The notes under the pieces: model-generated | What the model was told of the DNA's origin: nothing | The model's input: only the letters and a program-made list of their open reading frames with translations | The model's database searches: none | Position numbers and translations under genes: made by a program | In this document: positions 17,707 to 26,167 of the stretch, one piece after another | Position numbering within the stretch: position 1 is the first letter of the stretch | Layout of the letters: each line of letters opens with the position of its first letter | Virus record (IMG/VR): IMGVR_UViG_3300002124_000007 | Coordinates: 1 to 64,000 of that record | DNA length: 64,000 nt | DNA from: an uncultured virus (IMG/VR IMGVR_UViG_3300002124_000007) | Lineage: Duplodnaviria; Heunggongvirae; Uroviricota; Caudoviricetes | Strand: one strand, 5' to 3'

Positions 17707-17723
17707 GAAAGGAGATAAACCAA

Positions 17724-18374
17724 ATGAAAATTACATCTGTTGAAGATATCTTCAGCGACCCAAGTATTCGAGCAATTGGTATAATTGCTGATCCTAATAC
17801 CGGCAAGAGCAACACCATTTATCATTGCATTAAAGCCCTACAAGCTAAGTACACAGCGAAAATGTACGCCTACGGACTGCGCGTGATGTTTGAAGGTGTA
17901 CAACGAATCAACTCCATTGAAGAACTTGAAAAAATAACAAATTCGGTTATATTTCTTGATGAATTTCCAAGTCTCTTCAGCCTAAATAATCGCAGGCAGG
18001 TAGAAAAATTCGAGGAAAGTATGAGAAAAATCTACCATTCAAATAATATTGTGGTAGTTTGTGGCCTGCCACATAACTTCAACAAGTTTCTTTCATCTCT
18101 GCTGAATGCAATCATCTTTAAACAGTGTACGCTGGTAGACTTTATTCAACGCAGCCCTGCCGAACGCATCATAGCATCATTTAGCCCTGCCGTTGGAAGT
18201 ACCATTCAAAAAGGTAGTCGTATGCTCACCATGCCAAAAGATACCGCCCTGATTTATGATGGTGAGCATTACTACGATGTTGATGTTCCTTACATTGAAG
18301 AGGGAGATGCAAAGCGGTTCAATGTACCTATCCTTACGCCAAAACTTGCACCAGTCAAGATTAAAGCCCGATAA
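17724..18374 (+). CDS. P-loop ATPase
   Basis: Walker A ADPNTGKS, Walker B VIFLDE; AAGGAG SD before ATG 17724. Confidence 0.8.
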   Translation: MKITSVEDIFSDPSIRAIGIIADPNTGKSNTIYHCIKALQAKYTAKMYAYGLRVMFEGVQRINSIEELEKITNSVIFLDEFPSLFSLNNRRQVEKFEESMRKIYHSNNIVVVCGLPHNFNKFLSSLLNAIIFKQCTLVDFIQRSPAERIIASFSPAVGSTIQKGSRMLTMPKDTALIYDGEHYYDVDVPYIEEGDAKRFNVPILTPKLAPVKIKAR

Positions 18375-18437
18375 GGTCTTTCCATTCTTGAGTACAAACT
18401 TATGTCAATTCTTATGTACAAATAGGAGAAAAATAAA

Positions 18438-18638
18438 ATGAACAAACTTTCATTTATCACCATTACGCAGATCATTTCCTGGGCGAATGACACAATGTTA
18501 CTTAATAATATTCAATTTCTAGGGGGTAGTCGTTCCCTGCCATATATCTTTAGAAATAAAGCCTACTATTATTTCAAGACGACTGGCAGGGAGTATGAAT
18601 TGATTATGACAAGTGATAGAGATTTGGAGACATACTAA
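18438..18638 (+). CDS. Hypothetical protein
   Basis: AGGAG SD. Confidence 0.55.
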   Translation: MNKLSFITITQIISWANDTMLLNNIQFLGGSRSLPYIFRNKAYYYFKTTGREYELIMTSDRDLETY

Positions 18639-18639
18639 A

Positions 18640-18945
18640 ATGAAAAAATTAAATCCTCAACCGACCTGTCCTGAATGCGAGAAATTGTCAAAGGTATCAG
18701 AAGAATTTAATAAAATTGGGGCTTTTCTTGATTGGCTGTCTGAAAAAGAAATTGTCTTATGTAGATGGGAAGCAAATGACGATGAGAATACAAGAGAATA
18801 TCTTGATGATGTTCTTTTGCCTATTCGTAAATATCGTGGATATTCTGGCATTGAGCAATTGCTTGCTGATTATTTTGAGATCGATTTGGAAAAGGTAGAA
18901 AAAGAACGAAAACATCTTTTAGCTTGGATACAGGGGCAATCATGA
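18640..18945 (+). CDS. Phage hypothetical protein
   Basis: PECEKL...IGAFLDWL...LLADYFEIDL. Confidence 0.65.
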   Translation: MKKLNPQPTCPECEKLSKVSEEFNKIGAFLDWLSEKEIVLCRWEANDDENTREYLDDVLLPIRKYRGYSGIEQLLADYFEIDLEKVEKERKHLLAWIQGQS

Positions 18946-19184
18946 CAACTCTTACAGGCCTAAAAGATGCTGAATATATGGCACAGTTTCTCGGCAAAAA
19001 GATTGCTGTTAAGTCTTCAAAATACCCAAAAAGGTATTATCTCTATCCTATGCTGTATTCCATCAATGCAGATAGAGAAGCACAGGTGCTAGATACAGAC
19101 GACAACTTACATGTATTCCAGTGGGACGACTTGGAAAATCCTTATATCTTATTGATACAAGACGTGGAGGTAATTCTAAAATGA
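18942..19184 (+). CDS. Hypothetical protein
   Basis: ATGA coupling. Confidence 0.55.
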   Translation: MTTLTGLKDAEYMAQFLGKKIAVKSSKYPKRYYLYPMLYSINADREAQVLDTDDNLHVFQWDDLENPYILLIQDVEVILK

Positions 19185-19471
19185 CTACAAAACTTGTCTC
19201 AGCCAATATGGGAATTGTCTTGATTGTGGAAAAAGATGGAAAGCAGGAAACAAAACAATTTAGTTTGGAAATCCCTAGATGGGAAACATCTAATCCCCTA
19301 TATCTTGTGGATAATTTATTGGCATTTCTTAACACAGGACTAGAATGCAATGCATGTTTTGATTGGGTAAAATTTCCTGAAATCAAACTCGCCAAGTCCA
19401 AGAAGATTAAAGCCCGTCAGCCTGTTTCACAGAAGGAATTCAATAAAAAGATCAAGGAGTTGGGTTATTGA
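19181..19471 (+). CDS. Hypothetical protein
   Basis: GGAGG SD; ATGA coupling. Confidence 0.6.
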   Translation: MTTKLVSANMGIVLIVEKDGKQETKQFSLEIPRWETSNPLYLVDNLLAFLNTGLECNACFDWVKFPEIKLAKSKKIKARQPVSQKEFNKKIKELGY

Positions 19472-19476
19472 ATTTT

Positions 19477-19519
19477 CTCATCTTAATCTAAGGTAAAGCC
19501 AAAGTCTCCGATGTATAAT
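19477..19519 (+). promoter_or_regulatory. Promoter with 11-bp-period repeats
   Basis: CTCAT(19477) CTAAG(19488) CCAAA(19499), 10 bp, TATAAT(19514). Confidence 0.65.
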
Positions 19520-19604
19520 AAGTGCCATACATCGCCCCAAGATAATAAAAAACTTCGCCCAATATTAATTAAAGATTAGTCACAGTACCAGAAGGACGGC
19601 AAAG

Positions 19605-19856
19605 ATGATTTCAGTTCCTACATGGAAACAAGTTGAAGATTTGTATAAAGAAAATCAAAATATACATGATGAAAACGCATTGAAGCTCATACAAATTCTA
19701 GAATTGGAACAACTTCTGTATGATTGTAGGATATTAGAAATGAAGGATGGAAGTCCTTGTTGGTGTTGTGTAGATACAGAATTTTTTCCTCATGAAGATG
19801 CCTGCATTAAAGCTCGTCAAGCTACAGAGGCTTTCTGGAAGGGTGAGAAGAAATGA
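19605..19856 (+). CDS. Hypothetical protein
   Basis: AAGGA SD; CWC...H...C motif. Confidence 0.55.
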   Translation: MISVPTWKQVEDLYKENQNIHDENALKLIQILELEQLLYDCRILEMKDGSPCWCCVDTEFFPHEDACIKARQATEAFWKGEKK

Positions 19857-20032
19857 AGATGATTTTAGTGACTACGCGGGATGAAATAGAAGAAGGATGT
19901 CATCTTGTATCAGAAGAATTCTATAAAGAGGTTGCTCTATTGATACTCATTAGTAACTTATCTTGGGATGAAGAAGCAAAGAGCAAAGCTTTCCATGATG
20001 TTATCAATATGGTTGGGAACGAGAAGAAATGA
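19853..20032 (+). CDS. Hypothetical protein
   Basis: Not in track; MKMILVTTRDEIEEG..., ATGA overlaps at both ends. Confidence 0.55.
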   Translation: MKMILVTTRDEIEEGCHLVSEEFYKEVALLILISNLSWDEEAKSKAFHDVINMVGNEKK

Positions 20033-20295
20033 AAGCCCGTTCTGCTCACTCATACAAACAATCTTTTAAAGCCCTCTCCGACAAATTCAACTTTGGAAAA
20101 TACAAAGGCGATACAATCGAAGATATAATCAAGATCGACCCTGGCTATATTCTTTGGGCGCATGATGAAAAAGTTGCGAAGTTTACAGAAGAAATCTTGC
20201 AATATGCAGAAGAAGCAGAGGATGAAGAATATTACAATCAATCTATGGACTATAATGATCGTGGGATTGATATGTATGACTTCATGGCAGATTAA
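20029..20295 (+). CDS. DUF3820/exonuclease X C-terminal-like small protein
   Basis: FNFGKYKG.TI.DI...DPGYILW motif. Confidence 0.7.
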   Translation: MKARSAHSYKQSFKALSDKFNFGKYKGDTIEDIIKIDPGYILWAHDEKVAKFTEEILQYAEEAEDEEYYNQSMDYNDRGIDMYDFMAD

Positions 20296-20312
20296 AGCCC
20301 ATTCCTAAAATT

Positions 20313-20355
20313 CTAATCTGATTTTCATATAAATTTCACCTTCCTGATTTATAAT
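20313..20355 (+). promoter_or_regulatory. Promoter with Pho-box-like repeats
   Basis: TTCTAAT-ctga-TTTTCAT-ataa-ATTTCAC, 10 bp, TATAAT(20350). Confidence 0.7.
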
Positions 20356-20371
20356 GAATTTTGAGGAACTT

Positions 20372-21058
20372 ATGATGAACATGACTAACGAAGAACTAAA
20401 AAAGATTGTGAGTGATATACAAAAAATGGTGGATGAAAAAATGAAAGACGCATTTATCAATGGTAATTTTCCCACTTATGTTTCAAAAACACAATCATCT
20501 TGGGGAAATTCTACTGCTTCTTATTCAAGAATTTCCCCCACAGACGTAGAAGCAAGAGGCCTGTTTTCTTATCAAGAACCAGAGCAGGATGAGCAGGGAA
20601 CGTTTTATGGATATAAGGTGCTACATAGACATTGCAGAAGTTGTTGTGAATTGTCATCCCCAAGGTTTTATAGTGAATGGCATCATGGAGAATTGCATTC
20701 TGATAGAGTCCCTTCAGGAAGATCAATGCATGGAATTCATTTTACCAAGTGCCCTGACCATCCCGAATTAAGGCAATATATAGAATATTCGTATTTATAT
20801 TCGTATTCTGTCATAGTAAAGTGCGCTTTATCTGGAACGATTGTAGAAACGGAACAAGGATTTAGAGCTGAACATGCTCAAATCATAGGAGTATTAGAAG
20901 ATGGAAACTGGAAAAGTTATCAGGATTATCAAGAACGTTCCCGCACCTATTCCGATAGAAATAGGCAAGAAGAATGGGAAGAAGAATGGAGATTCTCCTT
21001 TGGAAATACCTCGAAGGGAATTTGGAACGCCTATTACAATCCCTCTGCCGACTCGTAA
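20372..21058 (+). CDS. Phage hypothetical protein
   Basis: GAGGA SD before ATG 20372; GIHF...GTIVETEQGFRAEHAQI. Confidence 0.7.
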   Translation: MMNMTNEELKKIVSDIQKMVDEKMKDAFINGNFPTYVSKTQSSWGNSTASYSRISPTDVEARGLFSYQEPEQDEQGTFYGYKVLHRHCRSCCELSSPRFYSEWHHGELHSDRVPSGRSMHGIHFTKCPDHPELRQYIEYSYLYSYSVIVKCALSGTIVETEQGFRAEHAQIIGVLEDGNWKSYQDYQERSRTYSDRNRQEEWEEEWRFSFGNTSKGIWNAYYNPSADS

Positions 21059-21073
21059 AGAAGAAGTGGAAGT

Positions 21074-21116
21074 CTAATCTTATTCCAAGGTTCTTCTCAT
21101 GTCTATGATTTATAAT
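21074..21116 (+). promoter_or_regulatory. Promoter with 11-bp-period repeats
   Basis: CTAAT(21074) CCAAG(21085) CTCAT(21096), 10 bp, TATAAT(21111). Confidence 0.7.
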
Positions 21117-21139
21117 GATAAAAGAAAAAAGGAGCAACC

Positions 21140-21346
21140 ATGAAATACTGCATTATGCATGAAACCGTCACAAATCTTCCGTTTGAAACATCTGAAAATT
21201 GCTTGTTTGTTGAATGTCCCCCTCCTGCTGAGTGGGATTTAGATGGATGGAAATGGATGTTTGGACTTCCTGAGCCTACAGAAGATGAACTTATTTTGAT
21301 GGATATGAACGCCGAAGTTTTTGAAGCAGATTTTATTGGAGAATAA
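21140..21346 (+). CDS. Acidic hypothetical protein
   Basis: AAGGAG SD. Confidence 0.6.
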   Translation: MKYCIMHETVTNLPFETSENCLFVECPPPAEWDLDGWKWMFGLPEPTEDELILMDMNAEVFEADFIGE

Positions 21347-21348
21347 TA

Positions 21349-21657
21349 ATGGTCAATGTGAGAACAGAAATCCTAAAAATTTACGGAACGCTTCATACCA
21401 ATTTTGGTGTATTTGAGTTGCTTATGCCTGCACCGCAAAAAATCTCATCTGTCGCATGGTGTACAGTGAAAGATACTTATTATTTCTATGTGAGAAACTT
21501 TCGAGGACGAGCCACATACATTTATCTTCATGGTGAGTTTTTGGTGGATTTCTCTACCGCAGGCGAGGAGAGAGAAATTAGCTATATAATTGACGATGAG
21601 AAAGGAGAGGCCGTAGAGATTAAAACTACCCTTGATACCTATTCAGTCATTGGATAA
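21349..21657 (+). CDS. Hypothetical protein
   Basis: GGAG SD. Confidence 0.6.
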   Translation: MVNVRTEILKIYGTLHTNFGVFELLMPAPQKISSVAWCTVKDTYYFYVRNFRGRATYIYLHGEFLVDFSTAGEEREISYIIDDEKGEAVEIKTTLDTYSVIG

Positions 21658-21697
21658 ATATATTTGACTTGCGCTTTAGGAGGCGCAGACTAAAATC

Positions 21698-22618
21698 ATG
21701 AAAGCTAAAACAAATACAGAGTTTGCAAAAAAATGGACAGGATGTGTTGAAATCAAGACAGGGGATAATGTTGCCAAGTTGACATCCATCCAGACCGACA
21801 AAGAAGGCAAGGTAAAAAAATTCCCTGGCGATTTGGAATCTATCAAAGTGAAGTTATCTGAACTTCCCAAAGTTGCACAGCGATTTATCAAGCCTAATAT
21901 GGAGAGCAAGAAATTCCGTGTGCGGCTGAATGATGATGGAGATGAGGTAGAGACTGTTACTCCGTATAGCGGAGTATTTCGTGGTCGGGCTACTGGACTT
22001 GGCCCGAAGACTCAAGAGGGCGATTTTAAACTTATCCATCGTGTCTACAATGAAGGCACAGAAAAAGAAAATCGCCACGATGAATTCATTTCCATCTATG
22101 AAATCACTAGCGACAAGCGTTTTGTGGGCGTCGAACTTCCTGCCTTCTATCTTCACTACAAGTTTGAAGAAGACCCTGAGAACGAAGGTTTTACGCAATA
22201 TAACACGGCGAATACCCCTCAAGCTACCCAACTTCATAAACTGATTGCGTGGGCAGAAGTGCATGGTGACATTCTTGATGAAGATGTACGTTGGCGTGAT
22301 GAAGATGATGGTACGATCCTCGAAACTCTTGAAGAGCGTTTGCTGGAAAATGATCGTGATGTCAACCTAGTGTTTGAGAAGGGCTACATCAAGTCTGTTC
22401 AACCTGTGGAAGATTACGAAGAAGTTGGAGACGAAGACGATGTGGAAAAAGTCCCTACTAAGGCAACTGTGAAAAGAATCGAGAAAGTTATTCGTTATGA
22501 AGATGATGAGCCTGATTTTATGAAGGAGCCTGAGCCTGTAAAGCCCGTCAAGAGTGTGGGCAAGAAAGTTCCTACCAAGAAGAACAAAAAAACATCTGAT
22601 GAGGATGATGATCTTTAA
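21698..22618 (+). CDS. Putative single-stranded DNA-binding/recombination protein
   Basis: AGGAGG SD; precedes primase/helicase; acidic tail ending DEDDDL. Function inferred. Confidence 0.45.
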   Translation: MKAKTNTEFAKKWTGCVEIKTGDNVAKLTSIQTDKEGKVKKFPGDLESIKVKLSELPKVAQRFIKPNMESKKFRVRLNDDGDEVETVTPYSGVFRGRATGLGPKTQEGDFKLIHRVYNEGTEKENRHDEFISIYEITSDKRFVGVELPAFYLHYKFEEDPENEGFTQYNTANTPQATQLHKLIAWAEVHGDILDEDVRWRDEDDGTILETLEERLLENDRDVNLVFEKGYIKSVQPVEDYEEVGDEDDVEKVPTKATVKRIEKVIRYEDDEPDFMKEPEPVKPVKSVGKKVPTKKNKKTSDEDDDL

Positions 22619-22624
22619 TTGAAA

Positions 22625-22866
22625 TGTGGTGTGGTCTAGCTTTAGTATGTGATACGGTAAATCTGCCTACCATACAGTAATCCCGTATGAAATCCTTACG
22701 ACAAGAACCTTAAATCGTTGCTCAATGAACGCAAAAGCAACAGCCACAAATTGACCAGACGTGTGTGAGTTGTTTCTGCCGATGCCTTTGTCGGGTTGCT
22801 CATCATAAGGCGTAGCGAAGATTTGAGACTAAGTATCGTTCTGGAACGGGAAACTACGGCACACAT
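22625..22866 (+). ncRNA. Candidate structured ncRNA(s)
   Basis: ORF-free; two multibranch domains closed by TGTGG/CCACA and GTGTGTG/CACACAT; loop-loop complementarity GCCTT/AAGGC. Confidence 0.5.
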
Positions 22867-22875
22867 TTAATTTGA

Positions 22876-22913
22876 CTGAGAGAGTGGAGGAACCATCGGA
22901 ACTACTCTCTCAG
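22876..22913 (+). terminator. Strong hairpin (terminator-like or processing site)
   Basis: CTGAGAGAGTGG/CTACTCTCTCAG 12-bp stem; only a weak U tract. Confidence 0.45.
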
Positions 22914-22935
22914 CCTTTCCCAAGGAGAAAATAAA

Positions 22936-23103
22936 ATGCCGACTACAGATGAAGTTGATCACCACGAAGAATCATTTAGAAACGCAGAATCACGCAGGCG
23001 CACAATCTTTAAGGTTATAGAAATCATTCTTTGGCTGATTGTGACTATAATTGTTGTTACCGCTTGTATTAGTTTTACAGTGTTAGCCGGATACTTTCAA
23101 TAA
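22936..23103 (+). CDS. Small membrane protein
   Basis: Not in track; AAGGAG SD; one TM helix. Confidence 0.6.
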   Translation: MPTTDEVDHHEESFRNAESRRRTIFKVIEIILWLIVTIIVVTACISFTVLAGYFQ

Positions 23104-23113
23104 GGAGATATAG

Positions 23114-23437
23114 ATGAATAAACCAATGACTCTTAGAGAAATTAGTAAGTTGATAGATGGTCTATCTGTTGAAGATGCGATGACAGATAAACGTGTCTTT
23201 GATTTTCTTGGTGCAGTACAAGAATCGGGAAAGGAATTATTGAAAGAACGAGGTGGAGCAAGTTATGTTAAAGATGCCGCTGATTTGCTCTGTGCGTCTG
23301 TTGTAGCAGAAATGATCGAGCAAGGTGATTTTGTGGAAGCCCTTGAATTGTTGTCTAATCCGCTAACACTAAAAAAGATTATGGGAATTGCCTTTATTTA
23401 TTCTGTTGGAATCGGCATAGTTGAAGAACTTCATTAG
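23114..23437 (+). CDS. Hypothetical protein
   Basis: TAAGGAG SD. Confidence 0.65.
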   Translation: MNKPMTLREISKLIDGLSVEDAMTDKRVFDFLGAVQESGKELLKERGGASYVKDAADLLCASVVAEMIEQGDFVEALELLSNPLTLKKIMGIAFIYSVGIGIVEELH

Positions 23438-24280
23438 ATGCCAAATCTTTATGATACATTGCTCGAACGAATGGAAGGCAGGAGTTATGGACATTATTTC
23501 TCCTGCTTTTGTGTCTTTGATGTGCATAAAAGCCCCGCCATGTTGGTATATGAAGATGGGATGTTCGTTTGTTTATCCTGTGGCAAAAAAGGAAATCTAA
23601 AATATCTAGATAAGGTAACAGGATCACATTTTATTCCACAACGTAATAACACTGTGTCACGAGTCCTTCCTCGTTGGCGCAAGTGGGAAGAAAAATATGG
23701 AGACTTGGAAGGTATCATATTTGCGGCGCATAGAACATTAAAGCGATATCCAAAGTTTCAGGAATATTTCAAAAAGAGAAAAATCTATGAATACATTGAT
23801 GAAGGTAACATTGGTTACTTGGATGGTTGGGCTACTTTTCCTGTTTATTCCTCCGAACATAAGATTATTGATGTCGTGGTCAGGACAATCTCTGGAAAGG
23901 GTGATGTTCGCTATGTTGTTCATCCTGATACTTCTGAGATGCGCCCGTTATATGTTCCTTCGTGGGATAAGGTAAACCAGTCTCAAACAGTTTATGTGGT
24001 CTACGGGATAATTGATGCTATCTCTTTGTATCTTGCAGGTCTTCCAAGCGTGACGGGTGTGACCGGAAAAAGTCTGAAAGCGGAGTTATTAAAGCCCCTT
24101 GGGAAAAGATTTATTATTGTACCTGATGCAGATGAGGAAAAAGAGGCATATAAACTGGCAAATAAACTAGGATGGCGTGGACGTGTCCAAAAGATAGATT
24201 ACCCATCAAATTGCAAAGACCCCGATGACATAAGAAAAGAATATGGGAACACAGCCTTATTAAATCTTTTAGGAGCCTAG
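23438..24280 (+). CDS. DNA primase-like protein (Zn finger + TOPRIM)
   Basis: CVFDVH...CLSCG zinc finger; VYGIIDA, PDAD and KDPDD TOPRIM motifs; next to the helicase. Confidence 0.85.
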   Translation: MPNLYDTLLERMEGRSYGHYFSCFCVFDVHKSPAMLVYEDGMFVCLSCGKKGNLKYLDKVTGSHFIPQRNNTVSRVLPRWRKWEEKYGDLEGIIFAAHRTLKRYPKFQEYFKKRKIYEYIDEGNIGYLDGWATFPVYSSEHKIIDVVVRTISGKGDVRYVVHPDTSEMRPLYVPSWDKVNQSQTVYVVYGIIDAISLYLAGLPSVTGVTGKSLKAELLKPLGKRFIIVPDADEEKEAYKLANKLGWRGRVQKIDYPSNCKDPDDIRKEYGNTALLNLLGA

Positions 24281-24284
24281 TACA

Positions 24285-25514
24285 ATGAATCTTCGTGAGC
24301 TATCTGAAGTCAACTTTGGTCTGGTTATGGATGGAAGGCTTCCAGTAAGCATGTACAAGCCAGAATGGTTCGAGACGCCCTTCAATGATGGAATTGAGAT
24401 TTTGCTCAAGCCAGGAAGCACAAAAGAGGATGTAGCCAAATGCTTATCAAGTGCTTATATCAGCGATGCTCATGATGCTGTAGCACATTGGAACGGAATA
24501 GGTGAAACGGAAAATTTTGACTGGCCAAAGTCACTAAGAGTTGCCTATGAAAATTTTCAGCGGGGAAAGAAGTTAGAGAAGTTATCCAAAAAACTGAAAG
24601 AGAACGAAGAAGTTGACATACTACCTTTGTATGGAGAATTAGGCGCGGCAATTGCTAATGAATCGTTTGGATTAAAGCCTGCATCTGAAATTGACTACAA
24701 AACCTATAAACCATTCAAGCCGTGTGGTTATGCTCCTATTGATAACACACTTGGCGGTATCCCATCGGACGGCCCAATTATCATCTATGGACTAACGGGC
24801 GTGGGCAAGTCCAAATTTGCTACGGCTATTATCAACGGGTTACTTCATAAATATCCAAATGAAACAGCCGCAATCTACACTTTGGAGATGAACGAAAAGC
24901 ATTGGTTGTGGCGCACAATGAATTTATTTCCGAGTATGAAAGACGTCCTGCCACGTTTGCATGTCTCTGGAAGTGTAAAAGATATCGAAGAATTGATTGC
25001 AGAGGTTACGGCCAAGAAAGTTGATTATGTTGTTCTGGACGATATGGACAATATGGTGAAATCCTCGGACGCTTCAGAGTATGAAAGAATTTATCGACGT
25101 GTGAAGGAAGTATGCCGGTTCATGTCCATCCCATTCTTTGTGCTTGGTCAGCCTAATCGTAATGCCAAGTTTGCTGTAGAAAGCGGAGAACGATTTTTGG
25201 GAAGGTTTGATGTGGCATGGTCAGGAAGTGCAGAGAATAGTGCAGCACTTCAAATTGCTCTACAAACGGCAAACGCTCTGGATATGAAAGCAGAAACATT
25301 TCCAACTACAGATAACGATATGGATTACATTGTATTTTGGAAATCACGTGACGGGTGGCCTGGCGATTATGATCCATCTAAGGCAGTTGGCCCAGGAGCG
25401 GTTGTGATGGAACATTCTGCGAATTGGAATGGCAAGCCATATGCAGGCAGATGGAAATTGTGGCCTGTTGCATCTGGCAGCAAGAAAATGAGTAAAAAGA
25501 AAAGAGATGAATAA
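24285..25514 (+). CDS. DnaB-like replicative helicase
   Basis: Walker A GLTGVGKS, TLEM, VVLDD, QPNR, KSRDG. Confidence 0.88.
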   Translation: MNLRELSEVNFGLVMDGRLPVSMYKPEWFETPFNDGIEILLKPGSTKEDVAKCLSSAYISDAHDAVAHWNGIGETENFDWPKSLRVAYENFQRGKKLEKLSKKLKENEEVDILPLYGELGAAIANESFGLKPASEIDYKTYKPFKPCGYAPIDNTLGGIPSDGPIIIYGLTGVGKSKFATAIINGLLHKYPNETAAIYTLEMNEKHWLWRTMNLFPSMKDVLPRLHVSGSVKDIEELIAEVTAKKVDYVVLDDMDNMVKSSDASEYERIYRRVKEVCRFMSIPFFVLGQPNRNAKFAVESGERFLGRFDVAWSGSAENSAALQIALQTANALDMKAETFPTTDNDMDYIVFWKSRDGWPGDYDPSKAVGPGAVVMEHSANWNGKPYAGRWKLWPVASGSKKMSKKKRDE

Positions 25515-25726
25515 TGACATATATGCTTTGGCAAATATTGGACATGAAAGCCCCACTCTCTGCAAATATTCTTCAAGCTCTGGATTATCATACGAAGAAG
25601 TATGGCACGCATCCCAATATTTTAGAGCATTCTAAGCATCTCTCAGGTGTGCCTAATGTTGATGGTGTAGAATTTATGCCAGTGAGCGTCCCAAAGAACA
25701 TTCTGCTGATCGGAGTAAAGATATGA
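25514..25726 (+). CDS. Hypothetical protein
   Basis: TAATG coupling. Confidence 0.6.
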   Translation: MTYMLWQILDMKAPLSANILQALDYHTKKYGTHPNILEHSKHLSGVPNVDGVEFMPVSVPKNILLIGVKI

Positions 25727-25917
25727 ATGATGTTATTGAAGTGAAACCCTATTCTATGGATGATGTTATGTGTGTTTGGATAGAGCAAGAAGATGATGGA
25801 TATGGATATTGGGATACGGGGTGTGGAGAAAGCCATTTATTCTTTGGAGGCACTTCCTCTGATAATCATTATAAGTTCTGTCCCTATTGTGGCAAGCCTA
25901 TCAAAGAGGAAAAATGA
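25723..25917 (+). CDS. Small zinc-ribbon protein
   Basis: WDTGCG...YKFCPYCGKPI. Confidence 0.7.
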   Translation: MNDVIEVKPYSMDDVMCVWIEQEDDGYGYWDTGCGESHLFFGGTSSDNHYKFCPYCGKPIKEEK

Positions 25918-25981
25918 AACATCGTCGCTTCGCCTACTGCTGGAAGCGAAACCGTTCACGATTTATTTATAGGCATAGATA

Positions 25982-26167
25982 ATGAGTGAATATTCTAATT
26001 TTCCTTTTCAAGAATTTTCTACCGAAGAATTAGGTAAGATGATGGTCGAATCTATTCTTCTTGGTGATGATGAATTTGCGATTGCTTGCCGAGAAGAAAT
26101 CAAAAAACGTCTTACTATAGAAGATAAAAATGAATATAGCCAATCCCAAAAATCTGAAAATCATTAA
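25982..26167 (+). CDS. Hypothetical protein
   Basis: ORF upstream of the polymerase. Confidence 0.5.
   Translation: MSEYSNFPFQEFSTEELGKMMVESILLGDDEFAIACREEIKKRLTIEDKNEYSQSQKSENH

Noticed and set aside
22770..22810. Minus-strand ATGATGAG...GAAAC resembling a hammerhead ribozyme core
   Set aside because: Core is AUGAUGA rather than CUGAUGA, stem II does not close next to GAAA, and the plus strand folds better.
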